From positions 434,496,001 through 434,560,000 of the forward strand of contig JBNRSN020000002.1 in assembly GCA_051313645.2 (NCBI GenBank): a stretch of 64,000 nucleotides of DNA, written 5' to 3'. Under the pieces are notes generated by a model. The model did not search any database, had not been told where the DNA came from, and saw nothing but the letters and a program-made list of their open reading frames with translations. Positions 22,839-36,349 of this stretch are shown here, one piece after another. Position 1 is the stretch's first letter; the number at the start of each line of letters is the position of its first letter. This stretch comes from Centroscyllium fabricii. Taxonomy: Eukaryota. The translations under genes and the position numbers were made by a program.

Positions 22839-25800
22839 ATGGAAGGGTTGCACCCATCGGCAAAACTTCAGTTGACAGGTAATGTGGCTGAAAATTGGAA
22901 CAGGTTCAAACAACGTTTTGAGTTGTATTTAGCGGCAATCGGAGCTGACGAGAAAAGTGATAAGATGAAAGCGTCAGTGTTCTTACATGTCGTGGGTGAT
23001 GAAGAGCTGGAGGTGTATAATAACCTCACATTCGCTGCTGATGGAGACAAAATGAAGCTGGATAAAATAATGGAACAGTTTGAGGCATACTGCATACCTA
23101 AGCGTAATGTGACATTTGAGAGGCACAGATTTTTCACATGTGTACAGAAAATGGGAGAAACTATTGATCAGTATGTGACTGAACTGAGAAACAGAAGCAA
23201 AACGCGTGAATTTGGTGAACTGACAGATTCGCTGATAAAAGACAGACTTGTGTGTGGTATTCCAGATAATAGTCTGAGGGAAAGACTGCTAAGAGAGCAA
23301 AATCTAGACCTGGGAAAAGCCATAGCACTCTGTAGGGCTACAGAGACTGTAAAGTTGCAGGCAAAGGAGCTGTTCAGTGACAGTAGCTGCAACGTGGATG
23401 CAGTGAGAAAGAATGGACACAAACCATTTAACAAAAAGAGCGCCAACGTGAAAAAGAGGCGTGGCCAGTGAACAAAAATGGAAGGGGCAATCGAAAGCCA
23501 TGTAGTCGATGCGGTACACAACACCTACAAAAAAAGTGTCCAGCATATGGTAAAACATGCAATGTGTGCAACAAAAACAACCATTATGCCCATTGCTGTA
23601 AGAACCAAGTGCAACAAAGCAAGGTCCATGCAGTAGATGAAAGAGAGATTGAGGAGTTCTATGTGGACGTTGTGTCTGAAAACAAAAAAGCAAAAAGAGA
23701 CTGGATGTTGACATTAAAAGTGAATGACATACACATTTCATTTAAATTGGATATTGGAGCACAAGTTAATGTGATTTGAAGAAAGTTAGACCCAAACCAA
23801 AGATATATGGAACAAAAGTGAAAGTGACAGGTTACTCAGGTACTGATGATATACCAGTGCAAGGAAAATGCATTGTTAAAGTGACACACAAGGACAGAGA
23901 GCACATGCTAGCATTCATCGTGGTGCCAAAGGATGTGCAGGCCATACTAGGCTTAATAGCCTGTGAGAGTCTGAACCTGGTAAAGAGAGTCCTCGTTGTG
24001 GAAAGCGGAGGAGAGGTAGTCTATGATGAACTCATGAAAGAGTACAGCGACCTATTTCAGGGTCTAGGCTGCCTTCCAGGAGAACACACGATCAGAGTGG
24101 ATAAAAGTGTGCCACAGATAATACATCCATGCAGAAAAGTTCTGTTTGCTCTTCAAAAGCAGCTGAAGGCAGAGTTGGACAGGATGGAAAGCCTAAATGT
24201 GATTCAGAAGATAGATGAGCCAACTGAGTGGGTGAGTTCCCTCGTCATTGTGGACAAAAAGAATGGAAAGCTCAGAATTTGCCTGGATCCAAGAGATCTA
24301 AACAGAGCAATAAAGAGAGAGCACTTCAAGCTTCCGACGCGTGAGGAAATCATGTCACAGTTTGCAAATGCAAAGTATTTCAGCAGGTTAGATGCATCAT
24401 CAGGATTTGGGCAGTTGAAACTGGACAAAGCAAGTTCAAGACTGTGCACGTTCAATAGTCCATTTGGCAGATACAGATTCCTAAGGTTACCATTTGGCAT
24501 TGCCTCAGCTCCTGAAGTGTATCACAAAACTATCCATATGGTCTATGAGCACCTGGAGGGAGTTGATACCTCAATGGATGACATCATAGTATGGGGAACC
24601 ACGAGAACTGAGCATGACAAGAGACTGAAAAAAGTGCTGGAAGCAACAAGGAAAACAAACCTGAAGCTGAATAGAGAGAAATGCCAGCTCGGGGTGACAG
24701 AACTGACATTTGTGGGAGATATCCTTAGCAGTGAGGGCATCAGACCAGATCCCAGAAAGGTGTTTGCCATTGGGAATATGCCAAGGCCACAATACAAAAG
24801 GGACGTGCAGAGGTTTAATGGAATGATCAACTACATGGGTAAATTCATATCCAACCTCTCAGAAAAGATGGCGCCACTGAGAAGACTAACTGAAAAGAAC
24901 ATAGAATGGGAGTGGAATCATGAGCATGAGAAGTCATGGAGCGAACTAAAGAAACTGCTCACAGAGGAACCAGTTCTGAGGTTTTATGACCCAGCGAGAC
25001 CCATCAAGATATCATCAGGCGTATCACAGAGTGGGCTCGGTGCCGTTCTTCTGTAAAAATATGACGACTGGCAACCTATTGCATATGCATCGCGTTCAAT
25101 GACAGACGCGGAGAGGCGATATGCTCAAATAGAAAAGGAGCTGCTCAGCATCACATACGCCTGTGAAAGATTTCACCAGTTTGTGTCAGGACAAGCAATC
25201 AGTGTAGAGACTGACCATAAGCCCTTGATTGCATTGTTCCAAAAGCTACTAAATGTCTGTCCGCTTAGAATACAAAGAATGATGATCAGGCTGCAATGCT
25301 ATACACTGAATGTTGCGTACACTCCAGGTAAGCTGATGTACACAGCAGACACGTTATCTAGAGCTGTTGACCCAACGGAGCCTGCAAACACCAAAATGGA
25401 TGAAGACGTGAACGCCTATGTGGACATGATCATACGTGCACTGCCCATAGCAGATGCAAAAATGGAGCTCATAAAGACTGAGACAAACAAAGATGAAACA
25501 CTGAAACGACTGAGAAAAAACATCTTGGCTGGATGGCCCAACATGAAGCAAGACTGCTCACCTGACATTGCAGAGTACTGGAACTGCAGGGCGGAACTAT
25601 CAGTAGTCAAAGACATCATCTACAAAGGAAGTAAAATAGTTATCACAAAGAGTCTGAGAAAAGAGATGCTAAAAAAGATCCATGGAGGACATCTGAGAAT
25701 CGAAAAATGTAAGAAAAGAGCACGAGAGGTGATGCACTGGCCACAAATCAACCATGATGTGACAAATGAGGTGACAAACTACACAATATGCCGGAAATAT

Positions 25801-26638
25801 CAAGCAAGCAATCCTGCAGAACCACTAAAGCCACACCCAGCACCAGACAGATCTTACCAGAAGGTAGGCGCTGACCTATTCGTATGTCAAGAGAAGGACT
25901 ATCTTGTAGTCACAGACTATTACTCCCTGTATCTAAAGGTTTGTAGACTGTACACCACCACTGCAGATGCTGTGATAATATGTATGAAAGCCATATTCTC
26001 CAGACATGGCATGGCAAGCGAGGTCTTCAAAGACAATGGACCCCAGTTTTGCAATTCAAGTTTCCGACACTTTGCCAAAGAATGGGACTTTGTCCACACA
26101 ACGTCAAGTCCTCATTTTCCACAGTCCAATGGACTAGTATGCCGCACAACGCCGCTAGAGTGTGGTATGTCACCAGCCCAACTCCTTATGGGACATATGC
26201 TAAGATCAAACCTACCCATCCCGGAGAACCTCCTGAAAACAAGAGGGGGAGAAAATGAGGAAGTTCAAAGAACAACAGAAAGAAAAGCAAAAGTACTCCT
26301 TTAACAGAGGAACACAAAACCTACCTGAACTCTGCACTGGTGACCAAGTAAGGCTCAAAGACAAAACAAACATATGGACTCAGAAGGGAACTGTCCTTAG
26401 TGAAGTCCAACCAAGATCATACACCATTCAGACAGATGAAGGTGTTGTTCTTCGAATAAATTGTCGGGATCCTCTCATGGGACCAGCCGCAGCAGGTCAA
26501 AAGACTGATACTGTTGAACAACCTGATTACACAGCTGAGAACCCATCATCTGAGGCAACAACTCAGATTCAAGGACAATCAATCAGAAGATCCTCAAGAC
26601 ACGTGAAGCCTCCTGAGAGACTCATAGAGCAAATTTAA
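22839..26638 (+). pseudogene. gag-pol of Mag-like element, with stops and frameshifts
   Basis: Gag GNVAENWNRFKQRF, tandem zinc knuckles CSRC..H..C / CNVC..HYAHC, protease FKLDIGA, RT RICLDPRDLN..SMDDI, RNase H YAQIEKE..TDHKPL, integrase DNGPQF..PQSNG. Breaks at about 23471, 23779, 25056 and 26258. Confidence 0.9.
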
Positions 26639-27025
26639 GGACTCTTGTTATAGAATGAAGTAGTGTTATCTTATTCGCTCTTCAAGTTCTAGTGTATTTA
26701 CATATTTCATGTGAACACACAAAACAAGGTTAAAAAACCTTAATAGTGACAATAATAATGATAATGTAAGTGTTACAGTTAAAATTGCAGAGTAATACAA
26801 AGAAAACATGTTGTTAGTTAAAAGTAAAATACTTTTGTTTTAAGAAAGGGAGACGTAATGATGTCAGCAAATAGTGATCATGTTTGCCTGTTTGATTATC
26901 TATGCCTTACCAGCAGAGGGCATGTGACAAGAAGCAAGTTAGTTGAGTTGCAGTATAAGATTGATCTCCAAGATGGAGTCTCCCTGTAAGCCTCGTGTAA
27001 ATCAGAAAGTTACTTGGACACACGT

Positions 27026-27577
27026 TGTCATGGGTGGACTGTCACTTTAAATGTCTAGGCTGCAGTTCATTATTGGATCATCACCTATTGTAATGTAACA
27101 CATCTGATTGGTCTAAATTCTAGATATAAGCCACCTGTTAGCCCTAGGACTTTGTCGGAGTGTTATTTCTATGCTGCTTGTTTAAGAGTTCTGTTATTTC
27201 CTGTAACCTGTTACTTCTGGAGTTATATTTGTATTCGTTTCCAATCGTTTTGGATTCCTGGTTCCTGCCGTGTGGGATTACCTGTTACACCGAACAAGGA
27301 GTGTCCTTTCCTGAACTGTGATTATTGGGAGTACTGCAGCACCAGACTTTTGGGCCTTGCTTTTTCAACCACCAAGGATTGGGGTTTGGACATTTGAACT
27401 CTGGCTTACCGGCTATCGGTATCTTGGACTATTGTTATCTTTGTTGTGCATTGTGGATTATACTCTATGTGTTTTGATATCTCTATATGCACTGTTGTTA
27501 TAATTAGGATTAAAGCACCCATTTACTATAGACTGTCTCCGGTGTTCTGCTATTGGGTTCGAAACCGAACCATTACA
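27026..27577 (+). repeat. 5' LTR of chromovirus (552 bp)
   Basis: TGTCA...TTACA, ATTGG (CCAAT) boxes, TATAA at 27125, ATTAAA near the 3' end. Copies at 32104-32289 and 34795-35346. Confidence 0.92.
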
Positions 27578-27594
27578 GAACACTCCGACCAATC

Positions 27595-28551
27595 ATGAAC
27601 CCAGCGGACACACCGGGACGTCTGGCGCGCATGGAGGAGGTCCTGACACATCAGGGTCAGGCTTTTGGGGATTTGTTCTCTAAAATAGAACGGCTAACCT
27701 CTGACATGAGGGCGTTCGCTGTAGCAAGCCCAGCAGGGACTTCTTCCACACCGGAACCTGTTTCAACAGCTGAATCAGTTTCCCTGCCTCTACTTCAGAG
27801 CTTCACACCCGAGCCCCGGGTTGGAGTACCAGAGCGTTATGCTGGTGAACCAGAACAGTGCGACCCCTTCATTACGAACTGTTCTATTTTGTTTTCCCTA
27901 CAACCGCGCACCTTTGCCAGCGAGAAGGCAAGAGTAGCATTTATGATCAACCATCTCTCGGGGAGAGCTAGACTCTGGGGTACTGCCGAGTGGGAGAGAG
28001 ATACTCCGGCATGCAGTTCTTTCAGAACATTTTCTGAGGAGTTGAGAAGAGTTTTTGGCAGGGTAGCCTTTGAGGTGGAGACGGCTGAGGGCCTTATGAG
28101 TATGAACCAGGGAGATCAGACTGTGGTGGACTATGCCATTGATTTTCGGATCAAGGCTCGTCGGAGCAATTGGAACATGGCTGCCCAATGTGAGGTTTTC
28201 CTGCATGGATTGGCGGGATACGTCAAGGATGAATTAGTATCACATAATCTCCCTTCTACTTTGGATGAGATCATCAGTCTGGTTACGAGGATCGATCTAA
28301 GGATCCAGGCACGACAGCGTGAGAGAGGATTGGGAGAGACGGGTCATCATCCTGGTAAACGGGTTCAGGAGAGATTCGTGGCGCCCAGAGATTCGGCCAC
28401 GTCAGGGATTCCCGAACCCATGCAGTTGGGCCGCACAGGCATTTCGCCATTAGAGCGCAGTCGGCGCCGCAGGAGGGGTTTATGCCTATACTGTGGTCAG
28501 GCCGGCCATTTTGTCGTAGGATGCCCGGTAAAAGACCAGACTCACCAGTAG
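27595..28551 (+). CDS. Chromovirus Gag (PEG10/RTL-like capsid plus CCHC knuckle)
   Basis: ATG at 27595. [62 protein letters not shown]. Confidence 0.92.
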   Translation: MNPADTPGRLARMEEVLTHQGQAFGDLFSKIERLTSDMRAFAVASPAGTSSTPEPVSTAESVSLPLLQSFTPEPRVGVPERYAGEPEQCDPFITNCSILFSLQPRTFASEKARVAFMINHLSGRARLWGTAEWERDTPACSSFRTFSEELRRVFGRVAFEVETAEGLMSMNQGDQTVVDYAIDFRIKARRSNWNMAAQCEVFLHGLAGYVKDELVSHNLPSTLDEIISLVTRIDLRIQARQRERGLGETGHHPGKRVQERFVAPRDSATSGIPEPMQLGRTGISPLERSRRRRRGLCLYCGQAGHFVVGCPVKDQTHQ

Positions 28552-31500
28552 AGGGAGTCGTACTGGTGAGCCGAACTCCGATTAGACTCTCTTCAAATTC
28601 ACGGCCTTTGTGCCAGGCTCGACTTCTTCTGCCGTCAGGATCTCGGAAGTTTGCCATATTCATCGACTCGGGGGCAGATGTTAATATCATTGATAAAGAG
28701 CTGGTTACACAGTTGGGGATCGACCGGTGTCCACTGCCGCAACCTGTTGCTGCCAACGCTCTTGATGGCCACCTTCTGGGAACAGTGACTCATCAGACGT
28801 CGCCCATTCACTTATTGTTTTCAGGGAATCATCATGAAAGCATTCGGTTCCATATCCTGGATTCGCCTCAGCTTCCTCTTATTCTGGGACACGCGTGGCT
28901 TCGTCGTCACAATCCCCACATTGACTGGAACACGGGAGCCATTTTGGGTTGGAGTCATTCCTGTCACCAAGTCTGCTTAAAACAAGCCACTGGAGGCCGT
29001 CAGTCGGTCACACCTCTTCCCAGTTCTGATCTCTCTGCGGTTCCTACCGAGTATCATGATTTCAGGGAGGTATTTAGTAAGGCTAGAGCCACTTCGCTAC
29101 CTCCACATCGCCCATACGATTGTGCTATTGATTTATTACCAGGCTCCTCTCCAACCAGGGGGCGCCTGTATTCACTATCGGCACCTGAGAGGAAGGCCAT
29201 GGAGGTCTATATCGAGGACTCAATATCTGCTGGGATCATCCGTTCTTCCTCTTCACCAGCAGGGGCAGGATTCTTCTTCGTTGGCAAGAAGGACGGTTCG
29301 CTCCAGCCTTGTATCGATTATAGAGGACTTAATGATATCACTATCAAGAATCGGTATCCTCTGCCTCTTATCTCGTCAGCATTTGAATTAATTCAGGGAG
29401 CTACCATCTTTTCTAAATTGGATCTGCGCAACGCGTACCATCTGGTCCGGATAAGAGAGGGCGATGAGTGGAAAACCGCTTTCAACACTCCGTCTGGCCA
29501 TTACGAATATCTAGTTATGCCGTTCGGGTTAACCAACGCCCCGGCGGTATTTCAAGCCCTGGTCAACGACGTTCTTCGGGACATGCTGAATATTTTTGTT
29601 TTTGTGTACATGGACGATATTCTGATATTTTCAAAGACTCAGGAGGAGCATGTGCATCACGTACAGACGGTTTTGCAAAGGCTCCTAGAAAACTCTTTAT
29701 TTGTGAAAGCCGAGAAATGTGAGTTTCATGTGACCACCGTTTCATTCCTGGGTTACATCATCGCGCAGGGGAGCGTGCGAATGGACCCGGAGAAGGTGAC
29801 AGCCGTTACGTCTTGGCCTAGTCCGGAGAATCGCAAGCAATTACAACGGTTCTTGGGTTTCGCTAACTTTTACCGAAGATTTATTCGGGGCTATAGCACG
29901 GTAGCGGCACCATTATCGGCGCTCACATCATCTAAGGTGCCATTCAGATGGTCTATCGCTGCTGAGGAGGCGTTTAAGGAACTTAGGTCCCGCTTTACTT
30001 CGGCTCCCATTCTGCAGGTGCCTGACCCGGATCAACAATTTGTAGTAGAGGTGGATGCATCAGATGTGGGAGTTGGAGCCATCTTGTCGCAGAAGTCAGT
30101 TTCGGACCAGAAGATCCATCCATGTGCCTTCTTCTCCAAGCGTCTTTCACCAGCAGAAATGAATTATGATATCGGGGACAGAGAATTGCTGGCGGTCAAG
30201 ATGGCCTTAGAGGAGTGGCGCCACTGGCTGGAGGGGACCAAGCTGCCATTTCTTGTGTGGACGGATCACAAAAATTTGGAGTATATACGTACGGCCAAAA
30301 GGCTAAATTCACGTCAGGCTAGGTGGTCTCTTTTTTTTTTACGCGATTCCACTTCACCCTCTCCTACAGGCCTGGCTCCCGCAACGTCAAACCCGATGCT
30401 CTATCGCGCCTATTTACGAGAGAGGAGGGTTCCGCCCCAGGGCCAGACCTCATTTTGCCAGCCTCCTGCCGTATTGCTGCGGTTACATGGGAGATCGAGG
30501 AGAGGGTAAGAGCAGCTGCGGGGGAGCAGGGCGGGCCCAGCGGTTGTCCTCCCGACCGTTTGTTTGTGCCTAAGAACATTCGATCGGATGTCCTTCAGTG
30601 GGCTCATGCGTCCAAGCTGTCCTGCCATCCTGGGGCACTCAGGACCAAGGAGGTGATTTTGCGAAGGTTCTGGTGGGACACGCTAGAGGAGGATACTCGG
30701 AGTTTCGTCAATGCCTGTCCGATTTGCAACCAGCACAAGTCTTCTCGGCGGGCACCTGCGGGCCTGCTTCAACCATTGCCTATACCCCATCGGCCTTGGT
30801 CTCACATAGCCCTGGATTTTGTCACAGGACTACCCTCATCCAAGGGACTGACCACGGTGCTAACGGTGGTGGACAGGTTTAGCAAGATGGCACATTTTAT
30901 ACCCTTGGCTAAGCTGCCCTCTGCTAAGGAAACTGCAGAGCTCATGTTGCAGCACGTGTTTCGGCTTCATGGGCTTCCGGTGGATGTGGTGTCTGATCGA
31001 GGTCCCCAATTTACTTCTATATTTTGGAGAGAATTCTGCAGTCTCATCGGGGCCAAGGTCAGTCTGTCGTCGGGATTCCATCCCCAGTCTAATGGACAAT
31101 CGGAGAGGATGAATCAGGAGATGGAGAAGGCACTTCGGTGCATGATCTCCAAAAATCCCTCTTCCTGGTCCACATTACTATTGTGGGTGGAGTATGCGCA
31201 CAACACGCTGACTAGTTCCGCTACAGGACTTTCGCCCTTTCAGTGCGCATATGGGTTCCAGCCTCCATTGTTTCCGGACCTAGAGAAGGAGGTATCTTGT
31301 CCGTCCGTCCAGGACTTCATCCAACGATGCCACAGGACATGGGAACAAGCGCGGATGTCGCTGCTTCGCTCGGCGGATCGATACTCGGCTTCGGCCAACC
31401 GTCGTCGTTCTACTGCTCCGGAGTATCGGGTCGGGCAGAAGGTTTGGCTCTCCACAAAGGATCTGCCTCTCCAAGTGGAGTCCAAAAAACTCGCTCCAAG

Positions 31501-32026
31501 ATTTATCGGACCGTTCGTGGTTGAAAGGATCATTAACCCTGCTGCGGTACGACTCAAGCTCCCCAGTTCCATGAGGGTTCATCCCACTTTCCACGTGTCA
31601 CGTATAAAGCCTGCTCAGGAGAGTGCCTTAGTACCCGTTTCCGCACCCCCTCCACCTCCTCGTATGCTCGACGGTGGATTAGTATACACGGTCCGTCGTT
31701 TGCTTGACTCCCGTCGCCGAGGAAAGGGACTTCAGTACCTAGTGGACTGGGAGGGGTATGGTCCTGAGGAGAGGTCCTGGGTCCCTGCTCGGAATATCAT
31801 GGATCCCAAACTTATTTCCGACTTTCGCAAACAACACCCTGGTCAACCGAGAAAGGGGAAGGCGATTCCTAGGAGACCTGGACAGGTTTTCGACCCCATT
31901 TTGAGTCAGGTGGACCTGGACGATAGGGTGGCATCTGATGACGAGGGCCCTGAAATAATGGGGCAGGATGATTCTGTTCAACCAGATGAGGAGATGGACA
32001 TTGACGAGAGACCCGAAAATTGTTAG
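28527..32026 (+). CDS. Chromovirus Pol (PR-RT-RH-IN-chromodomain), -1 frame relative to gag, one break in a T run at 30331-30340
   Basis: [57 protein letters not shown], and chromodomain [18 protein letters not shown]. Confidence 0.9.
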
Positions 32027-32286
32027 TTCCTTCTCCCCGCCAACCCGGTTGTCGGCGGTTGGGTTTTGGGGACGTCAGGTGGCGTCCCTTAAGGGGGGGG
32101 TTCTGTCATGGGTGGACTGTCACTTTAAATGTCTAGGCTGCAGTTCATTATTGGATCATCACCTATTGTAATGTAACACATCTGATTGGTCTAAATTCTA
32201 GATATAAGCCACCTGTTAGCCCTAGGACTTTGTCGGAGTGTTATTTCTATGCTGCTTGTTTAAGAGTTCTGTTATTTCCTGTAACC

Positions 32287-35200
32287 TGTATCACAAAACT
32301 ATCCATATGGTCTATGAGCACCTGGAGGGAGTTGATACCTCAATGGATGACATCATAGTATGGGGAACCACGAGAACTGAGCATGACAAGAGACTGAAAA
32401 AAGTGCTGGAAGCAACAAGGAAAACAAACCTGAAGCTGAATAGAGAGAAATGCCAGCTCGGGGTGACAGAACTGACATTTGTGGGAGATATCCTTAGCAG
32501 TGAGGGCATCAGACCAGATCCCAGAAAGGTGTTTGCCATTGGGAATATGCCAAGGCCACAATACAAAAGGGACGTGCAGAGGTTTAATGGAATGATCAAC
32601 TACATGGGTAAATTCATATCCAACCTCTCAGAAAAGATGGCGCCACTGAGAAGACTAACTGAAAAGAACATAGAATGGGAGTGGAATCATGAGCATGAGA
32701 AGTCATGGAGCGAACTAAAGAAACTGCTCACAGAGGAACCAGTTCTGAGGTTTTATGACCCAGCGAGACCCATCAAGATATCATCAGGCGTATCACAGAG
32801 TGGGCTCGGTGCCGTTCTTCTGTAAAAATATGACGACTGGCAACCTATTGCATATGCATCGCGTTCAATGACAGACGCGGAGAGGCGATATGCTCAAATA
32901 GAAAAGGAGCTGCTCAGCATCACATACGCCTGTGAAAGATTTCACCAGTTTGTGTCAGGACAAGCAATCAGTGTAGAGACTGACCATAAGCCCTTGATTG
33001 CATTGTTCCAAAAGCTACTAAATGTCTGTCCGCTTAGAATACAAAGAATGATGATCAGGCTGCAATGCTATACACTGAATGTTGCGTACACTCCAGGTAA
33101 GCTGATGTACACAGCAGACACGTTATCTAGAGCTGTTGACCCAACGGAGCCTGCAAACACCAAAATGGATGAAGACGTGAACGCCTATGTGGACATGATC
33201 ATACGTGCACTGCCCATAGCAGATGCAAAAATGGAGCTCATAAAGACTGAGACAAACAAAGATGAAACACTGAAACGACTGAGAAAAAACATCTTGGCTG
33301 GATGGCCCAACATGAAGCAAGACTGCTCACCTGACATTGCAGAGTACTGGAACTGCAGGGCGGAACTATCAGTAGTCAAAGACATCATCTACAAAGGAAG
33401 TAAAATAGTTATCACAAAGAGTCTGAGAAAAGAGATGCTAAAAAAGATCCATGGAGGACATCTGAGAATCGAAAAATGTAAGAAAAGAGCACGAGAGGTG
33501 ATGCACTGGCCACAAATCAACCATGATGTGACAAATGAGGTGACAAACTACACAATATGCCGGAAATATCAAGCAAGCAATCCTGCAGAACCACTAAAGC
33601 CACACCCAGCACCAGACAGATCTTACCAGAAGGTAGGCGCTGACCTATTCGTATGTCAAGAGAAGGACTATCTTGTAGTCACAGACTATTACTCCCTGTA
33701 TCTAAAGGTTTGTAGACTGTACACCACCACTGCAGATGCTGTGATAATATGTATGAAAGCCATATTCTCCAGACATGGCATGGCAAGCGAGGTCTTCAAA
33801 GACAATGGACCCCAGTTTTGCAATTCAAGTTTCCGACACTTTGCCAAAGAATGGGACTTTGTCCACACAACGTCAAGTCCTCATTTTCCACAGTCCAATG
33901 GACTAGTATGCCGCACAACGCCGCTAGAGTGTGGTATGTCACCAGCCCAACTCCTTATGGGACATATGCTAAGATCAAACCTACCCATCCCGGAGAACCT
34001 CCTGAAAACAAGAGGGGGAGAAAATGAGGAAGTTCAAAGAACAACAGAAAGAAAAGCAAAAGTACTCCTTTAACAGAGGAACACAAAACCTACCTGAACT
34101 CTGCACTGGTGACCAAGTAAGGCTCAAAGACAAAACAAACATATGGACTCAGAAGGGAACTGTCCTTAGTGAAGTCCAACCAAGATCATACACCATTCAG
34201 ACAGATGAAGGTGTTGTTCTTCGAATAAATTGTCGGGATCCTCTCATGGGACCAGCCGCAGCAGGTCAAAAGACTGATACTGTTGAACAACCTGATTACA
34301 CAGCTGAGAACCCATCATCTGAGGCAACAACTCAGATTCAAGGACAATCAATCAGAAGATCCTCAAGACACGTGAAGCCTCCTGAGAGACTCATAGAGCA
34401 AATTTAAGGACTCTTGTTATAGAATGAAGTAGTGTTATCTTATTCGCTCTTCAAGTTCTAGTGTATTTACATATTTCATGTGAACACACAAAACAAGGTT
34501 AAAAAACCTTAATAGTGACAATAATAATGATAATGTAAGTGTTACAGTTAAAATTGCAGAGTAATACAAAGAAAACATGTTGTTAGTTAAAAGTAAAATA
34601 CTTTTGTTTTAAGAAAGGGAGACGTAATGATGTCAGCAAATAGTGATCATGTTTGCCTGTTTGATTATCTATGCCTTACCAGCAGAGGGCATGTGACAAG
34701 AAGCAAGTTAGTTGAGTTGCAGTATAAGATTGATCTCCAAGATGGAGTCTCCCTGTAAGCCTCGTGTAAATCAGAAAGTTACTTGGACACACGTTGTCAT
34801 GGGTGGACTGTCACTTTAAATGTCTAGGCTGCAGTTCATTATTGGATCATCACCTATTGTAATGTAACACATCTGATTGGTCTAAATTCTAGATATAAGC
34901 CACCTGTTAGCCCTAGGACTTTGTCGGAGTGTTATTTCTATGCTGCTTGTTTAAGAGTTCTGTTATTTCCTGTAACCTGTTACTTCTGGAGTTATATTTG
35001 TATTCGTTTCCAATCGTTTTGGATTCCTGGTTCCTGCCGTGTGGGATTACCTGTTACACCGAACAAGGAGTGTCCTTTCCTGAACTGTGATTATTGGGAG
35101 TACTGCAGCACCAGACTTTTGGGCCTTGCTTTTTCAACCACCAAGGATTGGGGTTTGGACATTTGAACTCTGGCTTACCGGCTATCGGTATCTTGGACTA

Positions 35201-35346
35201 TTGTTATCTTTGTTGTGCATTGTGGATTATACTCTATGTGTTTTGATATCTCTATATGCACTGTTGTTATAATTAGGATTAAAGCACCCATTTACTATAG
35301 ACTGTCTCCGGTGTTCTGCTATTGGGTTCGAAACCGAACCATTACA
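32287..35346 (+). repeat. Direct duplicate of 24518-27577 (offset 7769)
   Basis: All paired ORF translations are identical (25099/32868, 26255/34024, 27152/34921). The junction has a TGT overlap. Confidence 0.95.
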
Positions 35347-36349
35347 CACGTTAGATTAAAAAACATTCTCCTTCATCAATGTGTTGTCATTGGACCCACA
35401 TAGAAAACAATACAGCGAGAAACTGTTTCCACTAGCAACTGGGTCGGTAACCAGAGGTCATAGATTTAAAATAATTGGCAAAAGAACAGAGGGTTGTTAA
35501 GATCCAGACCCCACTTCCTGAAAGAGTGGTGGAATCAGATTCAATAAGAACTTTCAAAAGGCAATTGGACATGTATTTGAAGAGGAGGGTTATGGGGAGA
35601 AAGTTGGGGTGTGGGACTAAATTGGACAGTGAGTTGAAATAACAATAAATTAAACATGTGAAACAAAAAGTTATATTCACAGGCGCACCGGGCCGAATGG
35701 CCCAAGTCTGTGCTGTAAGATTCTATCTCTGATTATATATCACTCCACAGAAATGGGGCAACCAATCCCGGTTAATTTAATGAGTAGACAATATGGCGGA
35801 GGGAGGGAGTGGCGGGAGATTCCCATTACCGCCTTCCCGAGGCCCCGGTTTTCCATTATTTAAAGTGAACGTGTGGGAATCACGGGCTGTCTAGCGCAGG
35901 AGAGGAAACCCTGGGCCGGTGGTTCTTCCCGATATTCAGGAAATTAGGTTCTGCGTCAGTCTCCTGAAAAGCTACGAAATTCAGCCTTAGCCGTTTCGTG
36001 CAAGTGCATTGCCGTTTTTGCCCGACCTCATTTATTTGTGTAGCTGTGCAATTTTCTGCTCCGCTATAGCTATTAATTTGTTCTTTAGATTATACGACAA
36101 AGTCCAGTCATGAGCCTGGCCATTATTTGAACAAATATTATACCGAAAGAAAGCACTTGCATTTATATAGCACCTCCCACAACCTCAGGGTGTCCCCAAA
36201 GCACTTTACAGCCAATACAATAATCTTGAAGTTTAGTCACTGTTGTAATGTCGGAAATACGGCAGCCAATTTGTGCACCGCAAGTAATAAAAACAGAAAA
36301 TGCTGGAAACACTCAGCGGGTCAGGCAGCATCTGTGGAGCGAGGAACCG

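Larger units (their letters stand above)
27026..32289 (+). mobile_element. Young sushi-type chromovirus (Ty3/Gypsy) inserted in the Mag-like 3' LTR
   Basis: 5' LTR 27026-27577, PPT AAGGGGGGGG, 3' LTR from 32104 (cut at 32289), TSD CACGT (27021-27025 and 35347-35351). Confidence 0.95.
22446..35414 (+). mobile_element. Decayed Ty3/Gypsy (Mag-like) LTR retrotransposon inserted in a CR1, with nested chromovirus and duplication
   Basis: 5' LTR 22446-22680. 3' LTR split (26854-27025, duplicated 34623-34794, remainder 35347-35414). Near-TSD GGGAG/GCGAG. PPT AAGAAAGGGAGA. The host CR1 frame FDRASRE|KLFPL rejoins across it. Confidence 0.92.
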
